A stretch of DNA of 64,000 nt from an uncultured Gammaproteobacteria bacterium (lineage in GTDB: Bacteria > Patescibacteriota > Patescibacteriia > UBA2591 > CAYTBZ01). The position numbers were made by a program, and so were the translations under genes. The notes under the pieces are model-generated. The model was not told the origin of the DNA, did no database searches, and saw only the letters and a list, made by a program, of their open reading frames with translations. The stretch lies in NCBI GenBank assembly GCA_964436275.1, contig CAYTBZ010000001.1, forward strand, positions 33,980-97,979, given 5' to 3'. Shown here piece after piece: positions 38,312 through 47,227 of this stretch. How positions within the stretch are numbered: the stretch's first letter is position 1; each line of letters starts with the position of its first letter.

Positions 38312-39973
38312 TCAATGCACCTCCTCTTGTTTCTCTTTTAAGAAATAGCGCCAACGCTCCAAAAACTCAACAAATAAAACAAATGGGCTATCTATTAAAA
38401 TAGTAAAGAAAATACCAACAACATTATACTTTCTCCAACGAGCAGCTAACCATTTACCAAAATGAATTATCGGCAGAATAAGAGGATAAATTAAAAACGT
38501 CCATAAACCTTCTTTCGCCTTGGTCATATGAAGCTCGCGCGCTCTTTTTCTGATTAACGAACCAGTAAAGAAAATTAAAGAAGTAAAGATGACGAAAATA
38601 GCATAAGAAAGAACGGTTGGAAAATGGATAAAATATAAAAAGCCAATAATTATTGCTAAAGAAATAACAGCCCCTAAAGCATAAATAAAACCAAAGATAG
38701 TTTTAGTTATTGGACCTTTTGGAGGATAATATTCTATATCAATTGGTTTAATATTTTCTTTTTGATAAATACTATTCTCTAATTCTTCCATTACTAAATC
38801 AAAATTATTTTTTGGAGGCAATCTAATAGTAGAAACCAGAAAGAACATCAAACCTGTTGGAACAAAAATATCGCATAAGGCGGAAACTAAATTAAATTTT
38901 CCGGTAACCAACTTTGTAAAAGGAATTTCAACTAAATAAAGAGAAAAGACATTAGTTAAAAAAACAGAAAGAGTAGTATAAAAAGCAGAGCGAAAAAGTC
39001 GTTTTCTTAAAGTAGATAATCTTTTTTTATAAGCAGCAAAAATTTCTTTTCTCATCACATTTGGATCAAGAATATCATCAGGGAGTTCTTCCTCCTCGTT
39101 AAAAAAGACATCTCCTAATAGGAGAAAAGGGGTATCATATAATTCAAAAACATCGTAAAAACGATCGGCTAAAAGATGAGAAAAATAACTTTCTATTTTT
39201 CCTAAAAGACGGTGGATATTTTCAGTGATTTCTTTAATGGATTCCTCTTCCCAACTAAACCATTTTGGGTAATATCTTTTGATTAAATTATAAGTGATAA
39301 TTGGCTTATCTAATTTAAAAAGCGATTGACAGACAGCAATATAGATTAATATCTTTTTATCTCCTTCAGTTAAATTACTTATTCTCTTAGCGGTTTCACT
39401 TACTCTCACTCGCCGGCTCATTACTCCTTCCATCAATTCTATTAAGATATCGGCTTTACGATAACTTAAAGGGTCAAGTATTTCTTCAGTTTCACAAGCA
39501 GCAATTTTTAAAATATCATCCTGAAATTGCGGCTTGGTCACTCCTTCCGGTGGCTCAGGAGCATTTTCTAATATATATTTATACTTTTCCAATAATCTTT
39601 GGACTCGAGGAATAATTGATTTTTTAATAGAATCATTGGGAAAATAGCCACCCCGGATTAAATTGAGGACTGTTTCTTCTCCAACATTGCTAAAAGAATT
39701 TCTTTTTAAAAATAATGCTCTTTTTAACACACGCTCAATAGCAATCCTTCTCATTAAATGTTCCTCTTTCCAATCAACAACTTTTCTGATTTTTTCATAA
39801 AAGACAGCAACTTTACTGCTAACCTCATCAACATGGATAGTTGGGGCTAAAACTGGTTCTTTTTTTCTTTTTAGATAATCAGCCCTTTCTCTAAGAAAAT
39901 TTTCCATTTCCCGAGAAATCATCAGTGGTTTATTTACTTTATTTTTTTCTTTATTAATCTTTCGCAAATACAT
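38312..39973 (-). CDS. Hypothetical protein with soluble N-terminal half and C-terminal multi-TM region
   Basis: 553 aa. Hydrophobic helices from about residue 330 onward. Confidence 0.45.
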   Translation of the reverse strand: MYLRKINKEKNKVNKPLMISREMENFLRERADYLKRKKEPVLAPTIHVDEVSSKVAVFYEKIRKVVDWKEEHLMRRIAIERVLKRALFLKRNSFSNVGEETVLNLIRGGYFPNDSIKKSIIPRVQRLLEKYKYILENAPEPPEGVTKPQFQDDILKIAACETEEILDPLSYRKADILIELMEGVMSRRVRVSETAKRISNLTEGDKKILIYIAVCQSLFKLDKPIITYNLIKRYYPKWFSWEEESIKEITENIHRLLGKIESYFSHLLADRFYDVFELYDTPFLLLGDVFFNEEEELPDDILDPNVMRKEIFAAYKKRLSTLRKRLFRSAFYTTLSVFLTNVFSLYLVEIPFTKLVTGKFNLVSALCDIFVPTGLMFFLVSTIRLPPKNNFDLVMEELENSIYQKENIKPIDIEYYPPKGPITKTIFGFIYALGAVISLAIIIGFLYFIHFPTVLSYAIFVIFTSLIFFTGSLIRKRARELHMTKAKEGLWTFLIYPLILPIIHFGKWLAARWRKYNVVGIFFTILIDSPFVLFVEFLERWRYFLKEKQEEVH

Positions 39974-39978
39974 ATCTT

Positions 39979-41010
39979 TTATTTTAAATATTTTTCTTTT
40001 GCTGAGATATGACCTGCATAATCCTTTCTAAAAATAACCTTACCCTCAGGTGTGGTTAGAAAATACCAATAATCTGTTTTTTGAGGGTAAATAGCCGCTA
40101 AAATAGAAGACATACCCGGATTACAGATTGGTCCTGGCGGTAAACCTCTATATTTATAAGTATTATAAGGAGAATCTATTTTGGTATCCCTGATAGAACT
40201 TCTTAATTTATTTTTCTTGGTAATATAATTTATAGTAGAATCAGCTTGAAGAGGCAAGTTGTTTTCTAATCTTTTATAAAAAATATCAGCAACAATTCTT
40301 CTATCATTATCTTTAGCCACTTCTTTTTCAATAATAGAAGCTAAAGTAACAATCTGATGAATGGTTCTCCCCTTCTCTTTTATTACTTCTCTTAAGTGGG
40401 GATTCATTTTCTTATCAAAATTATCTAAAAATTTTTTTATCAATGCTTCGGCTGAGGTCTGTTTATAAACACGATAAGTATCAGGAAAAAGATATCCCTC
40501 TAAACCAGTACCCTTCGGTTTATCTTTTAAAAAATCATAAGATAAAGAAAATTTATTCTCATCTATTTCCCTTTGGATTTTATCTAAAGCAGTAAAAAAA
40601 TCTTCTTCTTTTCTTATTAAACCCTGACTAACTAAATATTGAGCAATTTTTTCTTTGGTCCAGCCCTCTTTAATAGTTATCTTCTTTTCTAAAACTATCC
40701 CCTCGCCTGAAGTAAGAATATCTCCTATTTGTTTAATATTTTTTTTACCTCCTATTTTATACTCTCCAGCCAAAACTTTTTTACCACACGCCTTTTTAAA
40801 ATTTAAATAAAGGGTAAAGGTAAACTTGCTTTTTATCAAATTTTGCTCAAGAAGGTCGTCGGCAATTTCTTCAACCTTTTCACCCCTTTTTATTTCAATT
40901 CGCTTTTCTCCGTTTATTTCTACCGGAGAATAAAGATTAGTAAGAAATATCAAAAAAATACCAATAATAACAATAATGACATCTAAAATCAATTTTTTAG
41001 AAACTGACAT
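39979..41010 (-). CDS. mltG: Endolytic murein transglycosylase MltG (YceG family)
   Basis: N-terminal TM, YceG domain with GLEGYLFPDTY motif. Confidence 0.85.
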   Translation of the reverse strand: MSVSKKLILDVIIVIIGIFLIFLTNLYSPVEINGEKRIEIKRGEKVEEIADDLLEQNLIKSKFTFTLYLNFKKACGKKVLAGEYKIGGKKNIKQIGDILTSGEGIVLEKKITIKEGWTKEKIAQYLVSQGLIRKEEDFFTALDKIQREIDENKFSLSYDFLKDKPKGTGLEGYLFPDTYRVYKQTSAEALIKKFLDNFDKKMNPHLREVIKEKGRTIHQIVTLASIIEKEVAKDNDRRIVADIFYKRLENNLPLQADSTINYITKKNKLRSSIRDTKIDSPYNTYKYRGLPPGPICNPGMSSILAAIYPQKTDYWYFLTTPEGKVIFRKDYAGHISAKEKYLK

Positions 41011-41019
41011 AAAAAGATT

Positions 41020-41655
41020 TTAACTTTTGTCTTTGCTAATTAGAGGGACAAAAACAAAACCGGGATGCTTTTCCCTTTCGTATTGGTCCTCGTCAATTTT
41101 TCTGACCAGAACCATATCTTGCGTGTAGACACCGACAGGAATAACCAAACGACCGCCGATCCTTAATTGTTCTAAAAGTGGACGAGGAATTTCTGAAGCA
41201 GCAGCGGCAACATGAATCCGGTCAAAAGGAGCATACTCTTCTAACCCCTTAGAACCGTCCGCACAAATAAATTTAGCAATTCCCCTACTAACAAAGCCGT
41301 ATTTCTCAGCATTCTTTTCGCCGAATTCTTTTAATTCCTCAATGATTTCTACAGCATAAACTTTTCCTGTCTCTCCAACTATTTCTGAAAGAAGAGCCGT
41401 TGTCCAACCTGAACCTGAGCCAATATCCAAAATTATCTGCCCCTTTTTTGGCTGAAGCAACTCTAACATAAAAGCAACAGTTGAAGGTTGGGAAATGGTC
41501 TGGTTAAAACCAATAGGAAAGGGCTCATTAACCTCGGCTTTGTCTTTAGCCGCTTCAACCATAAAATCTCGCCGGTTTATCTTACGGAAAGCAGCAATAA
41601 TCTCCGGAGTTTTTAAAATCCCTTGGTCAATTAATTGGTCTACTAGTTTGCTCAT
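41020..41655 (-). CDS. pcm: Protein-L-isoaspartate O-methyltransferase
   Basis: ILDIGSGSGWTTALL SAM motif, 211 aa. Confidence 0.85.
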   Translation of the reverse strand: MSKLVDQLIDQGILKTPEIIAAFRKINRRDFMVEAAKDKAEVNEPFPIGFNQTISQPSTVAFMLELLQPKKGQIILDIGSGSGWTTALLSEIVGETGKVYAVEIIEELKEFGEKNAEKYGFVSRGIAKFICADGSKGLEEYAPFDRIHVAAAASEIPRPLLEQLRIGGRLVIPVGVYTQDMVLVRKIDEDQYEREKHPGFVFVPLISKDKS

Positions 41656-42211
41656 CGCTCTTATTTAAAACTTTTTTAGCTATAATTTGAGAAATAAAAG
41701 CACTTAAAAATCCTACCATTAAACCAGCCAAAATATCAAGAGGATAATGTAATCCACAGAAAATACGAGCTAAACTAACCAATAAAGCAATAATAAAGGC
41801 AATAATGCCTAATTTCTTGTTAAAAAAGTAAATAGAAAAAGCTAAAGCAAAAGATAAAGCAGCATGGTCAGAAGGAAAAGATTTATCTAAAGAAGATTTC
41901 TCTATTAGTTGATTTACCTGATAAGAAACAAAAGGACGGGGACGAAAATAAAACAAAGAAATAAAATAATTGATAAACATTGCTAAGCATACTGAACCAG
42001 CCCCAGTTAAAATCATTAGTTTTGCTTTAACTTTTTTTGAATGAAAGTAATAAATTATCAAAATCGCCAAAGGTAAAATAAGAATCAAAAGTTGAGCGCA
42101 AAATATGCCTATTTTATCTAAAAAGCCATACTTCCCGGCTAAATTGTTTATAATTTTAAACAAAAGATAATCTAAGTCCATTCTTTTATTTATTTCTGAC
42201 AATTTGGGCAA
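41627..42211 (-). CDS. PAP2-family phosphatase (membrane)
   Basis: KSFPSDHAALSF and later H...D PAP2 motifs in polytopic membrane protein. Confidence 0.7.
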   Translation of the reverse strand: MPKLSEINKRMDLDYLLFKIINNLAGKYGFLDKIGIFCAQLLILILPLAILIIYYFHSKKVKAKLMILTGAGSVCLAMFINYFISLFYFRPRPFVSYQVNQLIEKSSLDKSFPSDHAALSFALAFSIYFFNKKLGIIAFIIALLVSLARIFCGLHYPLDILAGLMVGFLSAFISQIIAKKVLNKSDEQTSRPIN

Positions 42212-43011
42212 AAATAAGTCCCTCTTCCAGCTAAAACTATTTTTTTAATTTTTGCTCCACAACGATAACATTTCTCCCCCTCCCGACGATAAACCTTTAA
42301 AAAAGGAAGATATTTACCCTCTTCTCCATAAATATCTAAATAATCATCAACTGAACTTCCTTTCTTATCAATAGCCGCCCGCAAAATTTTAATCAAACAA
42401 TTATATAAATTTTTACTTTCTTGATTGGTTAAACTTCCAGCCAAACGATAGGGTAAAATTTTGGCACAAAAACAAGATTCTTGAGAATAAACATTGCCAA
42501 TTCCAGCAATAACTGACTGGTCCATCAACAAGGGCTTGATTTTTGACTTGGACCTTTCTTTTAAAATTTGCCTAAATTTCTCCAAAGTAAACTCTTTACT
42601 TAAAGGTTCTAAGCCAAACCCCATTTTCTGCCAAAAAGAAGTCAATTCTTGACTATCGAAAAGTTTAACATAGCCAAATTTCCGAACATCATTGAAATAA
42701 AGCAAACTTTTATCACTAAAATAAATTATTAAAGATGTATACTTTTCTTTTGTTTTTTGCTTTCGAAAAATTAATTGACCAGAAAGTTTTAGGTGAATAA
42801 CTAAATTTAAATTATTACTAAGTTTCAATAGTAGAACTTTAGCGCGACGCTTAATTTCCTCAATCTTTTTTCCCTTTATTCTTTTTCTAAATTCTTCAGG
42901 AGGTAAATTAATCGCTTTTGGATAAAGAATCTCTACATCAACAATTGTCTTACTAATGATTTCCTTGTTTAATTCTCTTTTAATTGTTTCCACTTCCGGT
43001 AGTTCGGGCAT
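42190..43011 (-). CDS. mutM: Formamidopyrimidine-DNA glycosylase (Fpg/Nei family)
   Basis: N-terminal MPELPEVE, H2TH, C-terminal zinc finger CYRCG...CPNCQ. Confidence 0.85.
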   Translation of the reverse strand: MPELPEVETIKRELNKEIISKTIVDVEILYPKAINLPPEEFRKRIKGKKIEEIKRRAKVLLLKLSNNLNLVIHLKLSGQLIFRKQKTKEKYTSLIIYFSDKSLLYFNDVRKFGYVKLFDSQELTSFWQKMGFGLEPLSKEFTLEKFRQILKERSKSKIKPLLMDQSVIAGIGNVYSQESCFCAKILPYRLAGSLTNQESKNLYNCLIKILRAAIDKKGSSVDDYLDIYGEEGKYLPFLKVYRREGEKCYRCGAKIKKIVLAGRGTYFCPNCQK

Positions 43012-43071
43012 ATATTAAAAAGTTAGAATCTTATTCTCTTTTTAATATTTATAAATAAAAATAGGTAGTTT

Positions 43072-43482
43072 TTAATTCAAGTGCTTTCTCAAAACCCTAA
43101 CCACTCGCTCAATAATCTCTTCAGGATCACATTCAGATTTAACTAAATAATCATCTACACCTAATTGAAATGCTTTTCTTTTGTCTTCTCCATGGGTAAG
43201 GTTGGTCATTATAATAATTGGAATATCTTTTGTTTTTTCGTTGTTTCTAATGATTTCTAAAAATTCAAAGCCATCCATCCTAGGTAAAATTAAATCCAGA
43301 AGAATCAAATCTGGTTTCTTCTTTTTAATCTTTTCTAATGCTTCTTTACCGTAAACTGCTGTTTCTACACTAGAAATCCCTGCCTCCTGAAGTTCATCTT
43401 TAAGAAATTTTACTAACATTTCATCGTCCTCAATTACTAAAACCTTTGCTTTTTTGATTTTTTCTTCTAATTCTTGCGCCAT
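43072..43482 (-). CDS. Stand-alone response-regulator receiver domain (CheY-like)
   Basis: DD...D...K receiver residues. 136 aa, no output domain. Downstream of histidine kinase. Confidence 0.85.
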   Translation of the reverse strand: MAQELEEKIKKAKVLVIEDDEMLVKFLKDELQEAGISSVETAVYGKEALEKIKKKKPDLILLDLILPRMDGFEFLEIIRNNEKTKDIPIIIMTNLTHGEDKRKAFQLGVDDYLVKSECDPEEIIERVVRVLRKHLN

Positions 43483-43491
43483 ATTTTTAAG

Positions 43492-45666
43492 TTAATTATC
43501 CTTAACTGGTAAAGTAAAATAAAAAGTTGAACCCTTACCTTTCCCTGGGGACTCAGCCCAGATTTTTCCGCCTTGCACCTCAATCAATCTTTTACAAATA
43601 TAAAGGCCTAAACCAGAGCCCCAAGGATTAACTTTATTATTTCTTAGACGAGAAAATTTCATAAATAATTTCTTCTTCTCTTCTGGACTAAAACCAATAC
43701 CTGTGTCTTTGACATAGACAAGAACCTCTTTTTTCTTTTCATCATACTTAAAGCCAACTGTTGCCCCTCCTTTTTCAATATATTTAATTGCATTGTCAAC
43801 AATATTTCTTAAAACTTCCCTTGTTTTCTCATAATCAAAATAAAATTCAGGAACTTCCTTTTTAGGTTTTTCAACCTTTAAATAAATACCCATTTTTTCA
43901 GCCAAAACTTTTAATTCGGATACCACATCATTGACTAACTCTTCTATATTCCCCTTCTCTTTCCGCACAGTAATTTTACCTGCTTCAATATGGGCAACAT
44001 CTAAAAAACTACCGATTAATTTTATTTGCCTTAAAGTCGCTTGATAGATATCATTAGCCACTTCTAATTGTTTTTTGTTTAATTTTCCATAATCGCCCCT
44101 TAAAAGTGCTTTAGCGTACCAACGTAAGATAGTCATTGGGGTTCTTAACTGATGCGAGACGATTCTTAAAAATTCTGACTTTGCCTGGTCTAATCTTTTT
44201 AATTCAGCATTAGCCGCTCTTAAATCTTTGGTTGCCTGGGCTACTTTTATTTTTAATTCTTCAGCAAAACGTTGTGTTTTTCTGAAGAGAAGGGCATTCT
44301 CAATAGAAATAGACGCCTGAAGAGCCAAGTTTTCCAAAAGACGAATATCTTGAACAGTAAAAGCATCACCAGATGCTTTTTCTCCTAAAAGAATCATCCC
44401 ATAAATTTCCCCTTTACTTACCAAAGGTAAAACCATGCTAATTTTTGACTTTGATAATATCTTTTTTAATTTTTCTTTCTCTTCTGGTGATAAAAGAATG
44501 ATTTCAATTTCCTGTAAAAGAATTGTCTGCTTTAACTTTTTTAAAAAGTAAAAAAGGGATTCTTTAAATGGAGAAATTACTAAACTGTCAGGTTTTTTCT
44601 TTAAAACTATTAAGTTTTCCTCACCCGGTTCTTTAACAATAACGCCAAACCTCTCAATATGTAGAGTTTCGTTAATTGTCTTATAAATTAAATTGACAAT
44701 ATCATCTAAATAAAATATCTTCGGCAGGGCTTGGGTTAATTCTTCAATCTTTCGACGGGTATCATATAAACTGGCAAAAAGATATTTATTGGCTAATTTT
44801 TCAAAAAATGATTTTATGGGAAAGAACACACTTATTGAAAGCAAAATTGCTACTGAATCAACTAAAAGCAAAAGCCCGGTTATCTTTTCACCCAAATATC
44901 GACTTACTAGCCAGACCAGTAAAACTCCCAATCCTCCAGCAACACCAAGCGAAAGCCCATAAACCGTTCCTCTTCTAACAACCACTCGAATATCAAAAAG
45001 CCGATAACGAGTAATGGCGTAGGCTAAGATGGTAACAAAAAACAATCCCGATAAAAAAGGAAAAGGAAGAATAGGGATTTCATAAGCAGGTAAATATCCT
45101 AAAGGGCCTATTAAAATTAGAATAAAGAAAGCCAAAAAGATATAATAAGATTGATTTTTCTTTATTGGCCCTGCTGATTTTTTATAATATCTGTATAAGT
45201 TAATAATAAATAGAATGAGATAGATAGAAAAGTAAATTAAAAATACATGATGAAACAATCTAGCCTTAGTATGTACCCCCCACTTATATCTGAATAATCC
45301 GCTTACAAAATAGTCAGTTCTACTAAGTATCAAAAAAAAGATAGACAATAAATATCCTAAAACTACACAAGATCTTTGTAGTTTCTCTCTGATTTTCTGA
45401 GTAAAAACTACTCCAAAGTGATAAAATAATGCGGGGATAAAAACAACGCTTCCGTAAATAAAACGGTCCCAAAAAATCGCGGATTCTCCAGCTGTGCTTC
45501 TAAACATTTTAAATGTGCCAAATAACCAATTACCTACCGCAATTGTTATGAAAAAGAAAATTAAATTGAGGGTCGTAACCTTCTTTCTGAAAAATACAAT
45601 AATACCAAGTGCAAAGACAAAAAGAGCACTTATTAAAGGAATAAGAGAGATTAAATATGTATTCAT
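43492..45666 (-). CDS. Sensor histidine kinase with N-terminal multi-TM sensor region, GAF-like domain, HisKA and HATPase_c
   Basis: H-box RIVSHQLRTPMTIL, and N, G1 (DTGIG), G2 (GSGLGL) boxes. 724 aa. Confidence 0.85.
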   Translation of the reverse strand: MNTYLISLIPLISALFVFALGIIVFFRKKVTTLNLIFFFITIAVGNWLFGTFKMFRSTAGESAIFWDRFIYGSVVFIPALFYHFGVVFTQKIREKLQRSCVVLGYLLSIFFLILSRTDYFVSGLFRYKWGVHTKARLFHHVFLIYFSIYLILFIINLYRYYKKSAGPIKKNQSYYIFLAFFILILIGPLGYLPAYEIPILPFPFLSGLFFVTILAYAITRYRLFDIRVVVRRGTVYGLSLGVAGGLGVLLVWLVSRYLGEKITGLLLLVDSVAILLSISVFFPIKSFFEKLANKYLFASLYDTRRKIEELTQALPKIFYLDDIVNLIYKTINETLHIERFGVIVKEPGEENLIVLKKKPDSLVISPFKESLFYFLKKLKQTILLQEIEIILLSPEEKEKLKKILSKSKISMVLPLVSKGEIYGMILLGEKASGDAFTVQDIRLLENLALQASISIENALLFRKTQRFAEELKIKVAQATKDLRAANAELKRLDQAKSEFLRIVSHQLRTPMTILRWYAKALLRGDYGKLNKKQLEVANDIYQATLRQIKLIGSFLDVAHIEAGKITVRKEKGNIEELVNDVVSELKVLAEKMGIYLKVEKPKKEVPEFYFDYEKTREVLRNIVDNAIKYIEKGGATVGFKYDEKKKEVLVYVKDTGIGFSPEEKKKLFMKFSRLRNNKVNPWGSGLGLYICKRLIEVQGGKIWAESPGKGKGSTFYFTLPVKDN

Positions 45667-45720
45667 AGAAATAAAATAATAACAATTTGTTTACATTATC
45701 TAGTATATCAATAGTAAACA

Positions 45721-45753
45721 AAAAATAAAAGAGGGGATTAATCAATCCCCTCT
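45721..45753 (-). terminator. Rho-independent terminator of the oxidoreductase gene (AGAGGGGATTGATTAATCCCCTCT + TTTATTTTTT on minus strand)
   Basis: 10-bp GC-containing stem followed by T-run when read on minus strand. Confidence 0.6.
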
Positions 45754-45762
45754 GCCTATGTT

Positions 45763-46809
45763 CTATCTTTTCGTTATAGTAACTTTTTTGAAAAAGTCCA
45801 TATCAACTAACTTTCCAAAAGAGGTAAAAGGAGCATGAAGAAAACCATATTTCCTTCCTAGAACAAGAATCCTTTCCATATAAGAAATATCTATTTCTCC
45901 GATATGATCAGAATGATCATTTTCTAAACACTGAATTATTGCTTCCGCCCAACAAGAAAACGTTGTCCCTGACCGGACACCAGGTACTCTTACTCCTAAT
46001 TCTATATTGGGGATATTTACCATGGCTCCGTCAATTTTAAGTAAATTCGGTCTAATCTGACGAATTATTTCATAGCTAGCTTTTGAAAGATTAGGAGGCA
46101 CAGAAACTTCATAGACCACTACTCGTTTATCTTTGTTAATATAATCTGCTTTTATAAGTGAATCGGGGTGACTTGTTGCTGTTACAATAATATCTGCTGG
46201 ATATATATCGCTTAAAGAAACAGAGGCTTTTATTTTCGCTGCTCGAGGATAAGGTAAATTACTTATAAATCTCTGGAGTCGTGTTGGATTGTGCCCTATT
46301 AAAATTAAAGACACGTCTCTCTTACATAAAGACAAGGTCAGGGCTTTACCTATCAACCCATATGCTCCGACAATAGCTATGGTAAACTCTTCTAAAGAGG
46401 TGCCCATAGCTTCTGCAATTAAATCTAAACCCTCCAGGGAAACTCCGGCCGCATAACTATCTCCGTGGGTGATAGCAGCAGTAACGCCTTCTTGAATAAC
46501 AAGCCAACGTCCTTTATCAGTAATAGAAGAAGTTAATGAGGTTAAAGCAACAAACTCTACCCCTAAATAATTTTGGGCCCAGATTACAGCATCCAAAATA
46601 TCTTTTCTGACTTTCCTTATATTACCCGGTGACATCATATCTTTTCCGGTCACACCTAGTGTAATCACATAACCCTTAGCTCTATCAAAAATATTAAATT
46701 CACCCCATACTTTATATGCGGGAAGATTTCTTTTACTTTCGCACTCCGGAAATACGGCTGGTATATCTGATTTGTCTCTTAAATTTGTAATTATAGCTAC
46801 CTTTCTCAC
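45763..46809 (-). CDS. NAD(P)-binding Rossmann-fold oxidoreductase, shikimate-DH/glutamyl-tRNA-reductase-like C-terminal half, novel N-terminal half (GTG start)
   Basis: IAIVGAYGLIGKAL dinucleotide motif, ADIIVTATSHPDSLI...VVVYEVSVPPN resembling AroE/HemA NAD domains. Confidence 0.45.
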   Translation of the reverse strand: MRKVAIITNLRDKSDIPAVFPECESKRNLPAYKVWGEFNIFDRAKGYVITLGVTGKDMMSPGNIRKVRKDILDAVIWAQNYLGVEFVALTSLTSSITDKGRWLVIQEGVTAAITHGDSYAAGVSLEGLDLIAEAMGTSLEEFTIAIVGAYGLIGKALTLSLCKRDVSLILIGHNPTRLQRFISNLPYPRAAKIKASVSLSDIYPADIIVTATSHPDSLIKADYINKDKRVVVYEVSVPPNLSKASYEIIRQIRPNLLKIDGAMVNIPNIELGVRVPGVRSGTTFSCWAEAIIQCLENDHSDHIGEIDISYMERILVLGRKYGFLHAPFTSFGKLVDMDFFKKVTITKR

Positions 46810-46930
46810 CTTTTCCTCCTTTTCTTATTTTCTCTTTCCTTAACTTAAAAAACTTAAAAAATAAAATACGCCCTCCTTTCTTTTTCCTCCTAACTTTCAA
46901 AGAACAAAATTGTAAGGTTTCTTTTCTTTT

Positions 46931-46960
46931 AAAAATAGCATAATTTTTGTGTTTTGTCAA
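46931..46960 (-). promoter_or_regulatory. Promoter TTGACA-N17-TATTTT with long leader for oxidoreductase gene; paralogous to 48169-48197
   Basis: Minus-strand reading TTGACAaaacacaaaaattatgcTATTTT. Shared downstream TTTGTTCTTTGAA motif. Confidence 0.4.
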
Positions 46961-47009
46961 TTTCCTGTACTAGAAGGGTACATAGGTAACACTTTTAGGT
47001 ATTAGGATT

Positions 47010-47067
47010 GATGGGTCGCACCCGTCAAGCTTGATGGGTGCGACCCATCAAAACAGTGCGACCCATC
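47010..47067. repeat. REP doublet (near-palindrome GATGGGTCGCACCCGTCAAGCTTGATGGGTGCGACCCATC) plus extra GTGCGACCCATC copy
   Basis: Near-identical to the 40-bp palindrome at 48797-48836. Confidence 0.7.
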
Positions 47068-47145
47068 AAAACATGTAAACCTTTAAATAATAAAGAAAAA
47101 CTTTATAATCTTGTTCATCTAAGAAAATTTTTCTCTTCTCTAAAT
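47068..47145 (-). pseudogene. Fragment of RAYT/IS200-like transposase gene (codons ~23-45, frameshifted)
   Basis: Reverse strand translates to LEKRKIFLDEQDYKVFLYYLKVYMF*, about 95% identical in DNA to 48855-48922. 11-nt deletion relative to the intact copy. Confidence 0.55.
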
Positions 47146-47146
47146 G

Positions 47147-47190
47147 ATGGGTCGCACCCATCAAAAAAGACCGGGAAAATCCCGGTCTAA
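47147..47190 (-). terminator. REP unit GGTCGCACCCATC + intrinsic terminator hairpin GACCGGGAAAATCCCGGTC (TTTTTTG on minus strand)
   Basis: Lies 38 nt downstream of stop of 47228..48109. 42-nt identical to 49102-49143. Confidence 0.6.
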
Positions 47191-47227
47191 AAAGAACTTA
47201 TTTCAGCCTCTCAACTTTGAGAAATTT

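Noticed and set aside
45530-46960. Small ORFs 45530..45745 and 46733..46960 (minus)
   Set aside because: Both overlap real gene termini or leader regions (histidine kinase 5' end; oxidoreductase start and leader). They are lysine/arginine-rich translations of AT-rich non-coding DNA.
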